Shown piece after piece: positions 58,260-64,000 of a DNA stretch of 64,000 nt. Below the pieces are notes generated by a model. The model was not told the DNA's origin. It saw only the letters and a list, made by a program, of their open reading frames with translations, and did not search any database. Each line of letters begins with the position of its first letter. The first letter of the stretch is position 1. Made by a program: the position numbers and the translations under genes. The stretch covers positions 141,242 through 205,241 of the forward strand of contig CAJWAR010000001.1 in assembly GCA_913020445.1 (NCBI GenBank), in the 5' to 3' direction. Source of the stretch: an uncultured Rhodospirillaceae bacterium (lineage in GTDB: Bacteria; Pseudomonadota; Alphaproteobacteria; Rhodospirillales; UBA2165).

Positions 58260-60810
58260 TTAAAATCCGATTTGGTACATAAATTACTTTCCGCACTTCT
58301 TTACCGTCAATTGCTTTCACAACCGTATCAAGATCAAGTCCCATAGCCTCGGCGGTCGATTGATCGCAATCTTGCGGCAGCTCGACCGTGCCTCGTATTT
58401 TTCCGTTCACTTGAACGCCGACGGTAACCGTATCATCAACCAGCAGGGTTTCATCATAACCCGGCCAGGCAGTTTCGATAACATAATTTTTGTGACCAAG
58501 CGATTGCCACATTTCCTCTGCAATATGTGGTACGATCGGGCCGATTAGTTTAACTACCGTTTCGATGCCGTCGCGGTAGACCCAGGAGGCACCTGAACTG
58601 TCCGAATTCAAGCTATCGAGCGCATTGGTCAATTCGCGGATGCGGGCAACGGCTTTGTTAAAATGAAATTTATCCAAATCTGCACTAACCGCGTGTACGG
58701 TCTGATGAATAGAGCGACGAACTTTTTCGACGTCCTCGGCAATGGAATCCGGCATCGGCGCAGCTAGTTCACCAATCGGAATGTTTGCCTCTGAAACCAT
58801 CCGCCAGAGCCGGTTGATATAGCGCCACGCCCCTTCAATACCAGCCTCCGTCCAGTCAAGATCGCGGTCAGGCGGACTATCGGACAGCATAAACAATCTC
58901 GCGGTGTCGGCGCCGTATTCAGAAATAATGATTTCCGGATCAACAACGTTCTTTTTTGATTTGCTCATTTTTTCAGAGCGGCCCAGTTTGACCGGCTTAT
59001 TGTTTTGGATCGTTACAAGCTCGCCACCGTCAGATTTTGTAACTTCCTCGGGCAATAGCCAGTTGTTGTCTGAATCCTGATAGGTTTCGTGACAAATCAT
59101 GCCTTGGGTCATCAGACCAGCAAAAGGTTCTTTGACATCCAAATAGCCACATTTTTGCAACGCCCGGGTAAAGAACCGCGAATATAATAGATGCAATACT
59201 GCGTGTTCAATGCCGCCGATATACTGGTCTACTGGCAGCCAATAATCGACCGCCTGGCGATCCAGCCCATTGGCTGCTTGCGGTGAACAAAAGCGGGCAA
59301 AATACCACGAGCTTTCAAAAAAAGTATCAAAAGTATCGGTTTCTCGGGTTGCCGCCTGACCGCAGCTTGGACAATCAACATGTTTCCAAGTTGGGTGATG
59401 ATCTAACGGATTACCCGGTTTATCAAAACTGATATCAATGGGCAGTTCGACCGGCAGCTGATCTTCAGGTACCGGCACCGTGCCGCACGCATCACAATTT
59501 ATAATCGGGATTGGACAACCCCAATAGCGCTGCCGTGAAACTCCCCAGTCTCGCAGACGGTAATTAATTTCTCTGGTGCCGGCATTGAGCTCTTCCAGCT
59601 TGTCGGCGACGGCGGATTTAGCATCCTTGATGGACAAGCCATCCAAAAACTCTGAATTGATGTGGATGCCTTCGTCAAGAAACGCTTCATTGCCAATTTC
59701 AAAGCTGGTTGGGTCAGTATCTTTAGGGGCAACGACGGGGATCACCGGCAAATTGTATTTGCGGGCAAAATCTAAATCCCGCTGATCATGAGCAGGGCAG
59801 CCAAAAATAGCGCCGGCGCCATATTCCATCAGCACGAAATTAGCGACATAAACAGGTAATGTTTGCCCCTCAATAAATGGATGCTCGACTGTAAGGCCGG
59901 TGTCATAACCCTGTTTCTCAGCGGCTTCAATTGCTGCCTCACTGGTCCCTAAGCGATTGCATTCGGCGATAAAGTCGGCCAGTGCAGCATCTTCTTTACC
60001 GAGACTTTCAGCCAGGGGGTGGTTAGCGGAAACAGCCATGAAGGACGCACCATATAGCGTATCAGCGCGCGTGGTGAAAACTTCTAGCTGATCATCTTTA
60101 TCAGTTAGCTGAAATTTTACCCGCATACCTTCGGAGCGGCCGATCCAGTTTTCCTGCATGATGCGCACCCGTTCGGGCCAGCGCTCAAGCTCCTTAATCG
60201 CCGACAATAAATCATCGGCATATTCGGTAATTTTTAAAAACCACTGGGTCAGCTGTTTTTTCTCGACCAGCGCTCCGGAACGCCAGCCCCGCCCTTCGAT
60301 GACCTGTTCATTGGCCAGCACAGTATTTTCTTCCGGGTCCCAATTGACCCAGGATTCTTTGCGGTAGGCGAGACCGGCCTCGATAAAATCTAAAAACATT
60401 TTCTGTTCATGGGCGTAATATTCAGGTGTGCAGGTGGTAATTTCTCTGGTCCAATCATAAGATAGGCCCATAGACTTTAGCTGCTCCCGCATGGTGGCGA
60501 TATTTTGCTCAGTCCATTCGGCCGGCGGCACATTATTTGCGATCGCCGCATTTTCTGCCGGCAGCCCAAAGGCATCCCATCCCATCGGATGAAGCACATT
60601 AAAGCCGCGCGCTTTTTTATAGCGAGCAACGAGATCGCCAAGCGTATAATTTCGCACATGGCCCATATGAATGCGGCCCGAGGGATAGGGAAACATTTCG
60701 AGGACATAATATTTAGGCAGATCAGCGGTTTCAGAAACTTCAAAACATTTCTTATCGTGCCATAATTTTTGCCAGCGGGATTCCGCTTCTTTGAAATTGT
60801 AGCGGGTCAT
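58246..60810 (-). CDS. leuS: Leucine--tRNA ligase
   Basis: Class-I motifs HMGH ([13 protein letters not shown]) and KMSKS ([10 protein letters not shown]), plus a CP1 editing domain. 854 aa. Confidence 0.98.
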   Translation of the reverse strand: MTRYNFKEAESRWQKLWHDKKCFEVSETADLPKYYVLEMFPYPSGRIHMGHVRNYTLGDLVARYKKARGFNVLHPMGWDAFGLPAENAAIANNVPPAEWTEQNIATMREQLKSMGLSYDWTREITTCTPEYYAHEQKMFLDFIEAGLAYRKESWVNWDPEENTVLANEQVIEGRGWRSGALVEKKQLTQWFLKITEYADDLLSAIKELERWPERVRIMQENWIGRSEGMRVKFQLTDKDDQLEVFTTRADTLYGASFMAVSANHPLAESLGKEDAALADFIAECNRLGTSEAAIEAAEKQGYDTGLTVEHPFIEGQTLPVYVANFVLMEYGAGAIFGCPAHDQRDLDFARKYNLPVIPVVAPKDTDPTSFEIGNEAFLDEGIHINSEFLDGLSIKDAKSAVADKLEELNAGTREINYRLRDWGVSRQRYWGCPIPIINCDACGTVPVPEDQLPVELPIDISFDKPGNPLDHHPTWKHVDCPSCGQAATRETDTFDTFFESSWYFARFCSPQAANGLDRQAVDYWLPVDQYIGGIEHAVLHLLYSRFFTRALQKCGYLDVKEPFAGLMTQGMICHETYQDSDNNWLLPEEVTKSDGGELVTIQNNKPVKLGRSEKMSKSKKNVVDPEIIISEYGADTARLFMLSDSPPDRDLDWTEAGIEGAWRYINRLWRMVSEANIPIGELAAPMPDSIAEDVEKVRRSIHQTVHAVSADLDKFHFNKAVARIRELTNALDSLNSDSSGASWVYRDGIETVVKLIGPIVPHIAEEMWQSLGHKNYVIETAWPGYDETLLVDDTVTVGVQVNGKIRGTVELPQDCDQSTAEAMGLDLDTVVKAIDGKEVRKVIYVPNRILNVVV

Positions 60811-60937
60811 TCGAGCTTACTGTCTCCCCAGATATTAAAAATTTGATACCGAAATTAATTACGCCGCTTCATACACATTTGCGACGCAATTTTGCAAGCT
60901 CAGAAATCAGTCGTGTTTTAATAATGTTACTCGGAAA

Positions 60938-61531
60938 TTATTGGGCGGTGCGGTTGCGGAATTGGCGGGCACGCATCAGGATGGCATTTTCCAGCTTGGT
61001 TGCGGTGGTAGCTTGCACGCTTGAATCCTGCCAGCCGCCGGAAGTATTTTTAACCTGCCTGAACACGGAAACCCGAACACCATCGGCGCGCAAGGCCCGA
61101 TCTAAAATGTAAATATTCATTTTGAACCGTTCATTTGGTGTTGCCGGCGGTGCATACCAATCCGTTATAATGACACCGCCGAACGGATCGGCCGAGGCGA
61201 TTGGCCAAACGGACATGGTATCCAAAGTAGCCCGCCAGAGATAGGCGTTAACACCAATACCGGGTCCGCCGGATCCACCTCTAGAATTCGGCGTATTTCC
61301 AAGGGATATGCCCCCACTGTCACCAAAAATAGTTTCCCGTTTACTCATATCAATAACTTCATCATCAACGGTCTGTAAATCGGGCGTGGTTCCCCCTTCA
61401 CAGGCTGCAAGCAGAAAAATTAAAGAAATGACCAGATAGCTCGGAACCCGATGTCCCGAAATTTTGAATAAAGACTGTAACATATTGATCATAAAAGCTT
61501 TTCTTTCGCAGGTTAGCGTTAAATTGGGCAC
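60938..61531 (-). CDS. DUF3576 domain lipoprotein
   Basis: Lipobox LLAACEGG and the conserved core GVNAYLWRATLDTMSVWPIASADPFGGVIITDWY. Later in-frame starts at 61492 and 61483 are possible. Confidence 0.75.
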   Translation of the reverse strand: MPNLTLTCERKAFMINMLQSLFKISGHRVPSYLVISLIFLLAACEGGTTPDLQTVDDEVIDMSKRETIFGDSGGISLGNTPNSRGGSGGPGIGVNAYLWRATLDTMSVWPIASADPFGGVIITDWYAPPATPNERFKMNIYILDRALRADGVRVSVFRQVKNTSGGWQDSSVQATTATKLENAILMRARQFRNRTAQ

Positions 61532-61939
61532 CTATTGCCGATAAAGACCGCCAAGTTGGCGTGTTATACTCTAATTCAGTCAAAAAACCCAGTAATTTCA
61601 ATCGACTGAGAATATTATATCATAATTTCTGTTTTGCTTATATGTGGCAAATTTTATTGGGTAATATCAATGACTTAACTTTCTTCTCATTATTGGATTA
61701 TAGCTGATAAAAATTGTGGTATAAATCACACACCGGGTTAGTTGTATAAAAAACCTATATATATCTGCTATTTAACAATGTTGTATAAATATCACTATGT
61801 TGATAAATCCTGGTAATTTAGCTTGTCATCACTTGACCCCAAACCAAAGCCGTGGCTCTATGTCTGCGATTGAAATTCTTCAACCTTTTTATTTGGGCAA
61901 TTGTCTGTCCAGGGGTGAGGGATATTTAGGAGGAGTAAC

Positions 61940-63067
61940 ATGAAGAAATCTCTTTATATGACAACAGCTCTTGCAGCTGCTGGCGTTTTGGCCCTTGGTG
62001 CCACTGACGCTGCTGCGGCTGAAAAAGCTAAGAAAATGTCGATTGCTAATGGCGGCTTTTTCAAAACTACGTTCGGGTTTTCTAAGAATGACGGTTCGTA
62101 TGAATCAACAAACAATGCCACTGCCCGCACGCATTACGATTCATTCGATATCAAAAATGATTCGGAAATTTACTTCAAAGGTAAAACAACACTTGATAGT
62201 GGTGTTAAGGTTGATGTTGTTGTGCAGTTTGAAACTGACGCCACAAACGGCGGCGCAACGATTGATGAATCTTATATTAAATTTACCACAAAAGGTTTTG
62301 GTCACATTGCCCTTGGCACAACCAAAGCAGGTAGTTTTTTTACTAAGCACGTCTCACCATTACCGGGTGCGGTTGGCTTCAATCCGGATACCCTGAACTG
62401 GGTTTCTAGACCGGCTGCGCTTGGTTACACAGCGGGCACAAACATCGGTGCCGGCGATGCGATGAAAATCAGATATGTTTCAGAATCATTTAGTGGGTTC
62501 ACACTTGGTGGTTCTTATACACCATCTAATACTGCCAACAACCTTATGCCGGCGGTTGGTGGTACTGCAGGTACTGAAACCCAAACATATGATATTGGTC
62601 TGAAGTACAAAACCAAAATGGGCGCCTCCAGCGTTGGAGTTGACGTCGGATATTGGGAAACTCATGGTGCTGCTGCTAATTCGCTTAAATCATTACGCTT
62701 CGGCGGAGAGTTGGTAATCGGTGATATTAAAATCGGCGGTGCTTACAAGGATACGTCCGATCTTGATTCGGCGAGTTCGCTTTCTGGTGATCCAACCAAC
62801 GAATCCGAGGCTTATGAAGTTGGCATCCAATATACTGCAGGTGACGTGAAAATTGGGTTGGCTTACATTAACGAAGTTAGACCAATGACCGCCACTGCTG
62901 GTGATGATGAAGAAACTTTCTATGCTCTCGGTGCCAGCTACAAAATTGGCAATGGTGTTGATTTGCTTGGTACGCTTATTCGCGTCGATTGGGATGATGA
63001 AGGTACCGCACTTGCTAACAACAATGACGGCTGGGCTCTTGTTGGTGGTATCAAAGTATCCTTCTAA
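61940..63067 (+). CDS. Outer-membrane porin (Gram-negative general porin family)
   Basis: AGGAGGAG RBS, signal peptide MKKSLYMTTALAAAGVLALGATDAAAA, alternating beta-strand pattern, and the C-terminal ...GGIKVSF signature ending in Phe. Confidence 0.85.
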   Translation: MKKSLYMTTALAAAGVLALGATDAAAAEKAKKMSIANGGFFKTTFGFSKNDGSYESTNNATARTHYDSFDIKNDSEIYFKGKTTLDSGVKVDVVVQFETDATNGGATIDESYIKFTTKGFGHIALGTTKAGSFFTKHVSPLPGAVGFNPDTLNWVSRPAALGYTAGTNIGAGDAMKIRYVSESFSGFTLGGSYTPSNTANNLMPAVGGTAGTETQTYDIGLKYKTKMGASSVGVDVGYWETHGAAANSLKSLRFGGELVIGDIKIGGAYKDTSDLDSASSLSGDPTNESEAYEVGIQYTAGDVKIGLAYINEVRPMTATAGDDEETFYALGASYKIGNGVDLLGTLIRVDWDDEGTALANNNDGWALVGGIKVSF

Positions 63068-63095
63068 TCTAGAAAGATATTTTAATAAGAAATTT

Positions 63096-63123
63096 GGGGA
63101 GCGGCTTACCGCTCCCCTTTTTC
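63096..63123 (+). terminator. Rho-independent terminator of the porin gene
   Basis: A 9-bp perfect stem GGGGAGCGG / CCGCTCCCC (63096-63104 / 63109-63117), loop CTTA, followed by TTTTT. Confidence 0.85.
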
Positions 63124-63553
63124 GTGATCTATATCTGTTTTTAAAGATGTTTTTCCTTTTGAATGAAACTCCCTGATAAAATTTGATGGGGCTACCAAAT
63201 AGGGGAGGTTTTGACCTTGGCCGTTAAGTCGGGTTTTGGACTCTTATGAGAGTTATGCAAAACAAAACCCCATCGAAAATCGGTGGGGTTAATCAGGAAA
63301 ATAAGGAGTATTATTATTACAACCAGTTTATCCTCTTGGTCAGGAGGGGAACTACTGTGGTTCAAGTGAAACAGAAACAACCTCACCACTCTTTAGGGGG
63401 GGGTGCCTTTCTCTCTGGATACTTATTGCATTTATAGATTATGGAACCTACCCATTACTTTTTAGGGGGTGGTCATTATTTATCCCCTAAGCCGCCTAAG
63501 AGTTACCCTAAAGTTATCCTAATATCTTCTTTAGATCACCGGCAATCACAAAT

Positions 63554-63991
63554 CTACTCCGTCACTGTAAACACCGAATGACCGGCAAGACTATCCCACA
63601 AATTTTCTATCGCCGAACACGCTGACTGTGCCAATTCCAACTCTTCCTCAGACAACGTGTCCAAGTCTCGTTGATAAAATTTGACTAGGTCATTTTCCAA
63701 GACCATCGAAAATGACAGCAACCGTTCCAACGACAGGCCAACTCGATCCGCAAATATTTCCAATCCAGAAACTTGAGCGAATAATTCTTTTTCGATTTTT
63801 GACATCGCTTCGATTGCTATTTCGTTCTTTGCTCCTTCGCCGACTTGCAGGATCATAACAGATGAATAGAAAGCACGATCAAACCGTAGCGAAAAATTCT
63901 CGACTACATCAATGGTCTGTCGAACGGCTAAATCAGAACCCTGATAACTCTTTGTTGGCGTTGCCTCCTCCAAAGATATTGCCGTCGCCAT
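63554..63991 (-). CDS. Hypothetical protein (no recognisable family)
   Basis: A 145-aa AT-rich ORF beginning at an ATG 9 nt from the window edge. No motif recognised, so coding status rests on ORF length only. Confidence 0.4.
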   Translation of the reverse strand: MATAISLEEATPTKSYQGSDLAVRQTIDVVENFSLRFDRAFYSSVMILQVGEGAKNEIAIEAMSKIEKELFAQVSGLEIFADRVGLSLERLLSFSMVLENDLVKFYQRDLDTLSEEELELAQSACSAIENLWDSLAGHSVFTVTE

Positions 63992-64000
63992 ATCGCCTCG

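Noticed and set aside
63246-63437. 63-aa ORF (MRVMQNKTPSKIGGVNQENKEYYYYNQF…) and the opposite-strand 65-aa ORF in the porin-downstream spacer.
   Set aside because: There is no RBS, the composition is implausible, and the frames cross hairpin and repeat sequences. The region is treated as non-coding.

Overview
This window is an origin-proximal chromosomal segment of an alphaproteobacterium. GC is roughly 50% by eye, and the genus cannot be determined from sequence alone. Almost all of it is tightly packed core genes.

Gene content, left to right:
- A bactofilin plus lipoprotein pair, then nth and dapB.
- The heat-shock block dnaJ-dnaK and hrcA-grpE.
- rph-rdgB-hemW.
- An LpoA-like / rsmI / yraN / BON-lipoprotein cluster.
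- gshB, pxpA and comM(yifB).
- The his operon (hisB-DUF2628-hisH-hisA-hisF-hisE-HIT), divergent from hslVU.
- The conserved block XRE-Smr-lutCBA-mltA-Tim44-like / fxsA-secB / dnaQ-coaE-aroE-maf-DUF299(PpsR-like).
- A 476-bp AT-rich spacer, then hemE-hemH-hemJ-rho.
- Two tandem quinone oxidoreductases, ogt, yyaL, and mnmE-mnmG-rsmG-parA-parB.
- holA-lptE-leuS, a DUF3576 lipoprotein and a porin.

The DUF299/hemE spacer (41283-41758) is the position where the chromosomal origin lies in Caulobacter and Rickettsia. It carries six DnaA-box-like 9-mers and an AT-rich tract. Three perfect parS 16-mers (TGTTTCACGTGAAACA) flank or lie within mnmG and rsmG.

I see no rRNA, CRISPR array, transposase or integrase.

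The non-core parts are:
1. A ~2.7-kb AT-richer islet (27.85-30.55 kb) beside an atypical tRNA-like gene. It holds a winged-helix orphan preceded by 11-bp tandem repeats, a STAS-like orphan, a secreted MBL-fold hydrolase and several MITE-like palindromic repeats.
2. Orphan genes between gshB and the his operon: a GT-A-like protein, a secreted jelly-roll-like protein and a solitary FliN/SpoA protein.
3. A low-GC, repeat-bearing non-coding stretch plus an unknown ORF at the right edge (63.1-64.0 kb).

None of these is demonstrably a new system from sequence alone. The tRNA-like gene and its islet are the best candidates for follow-up.
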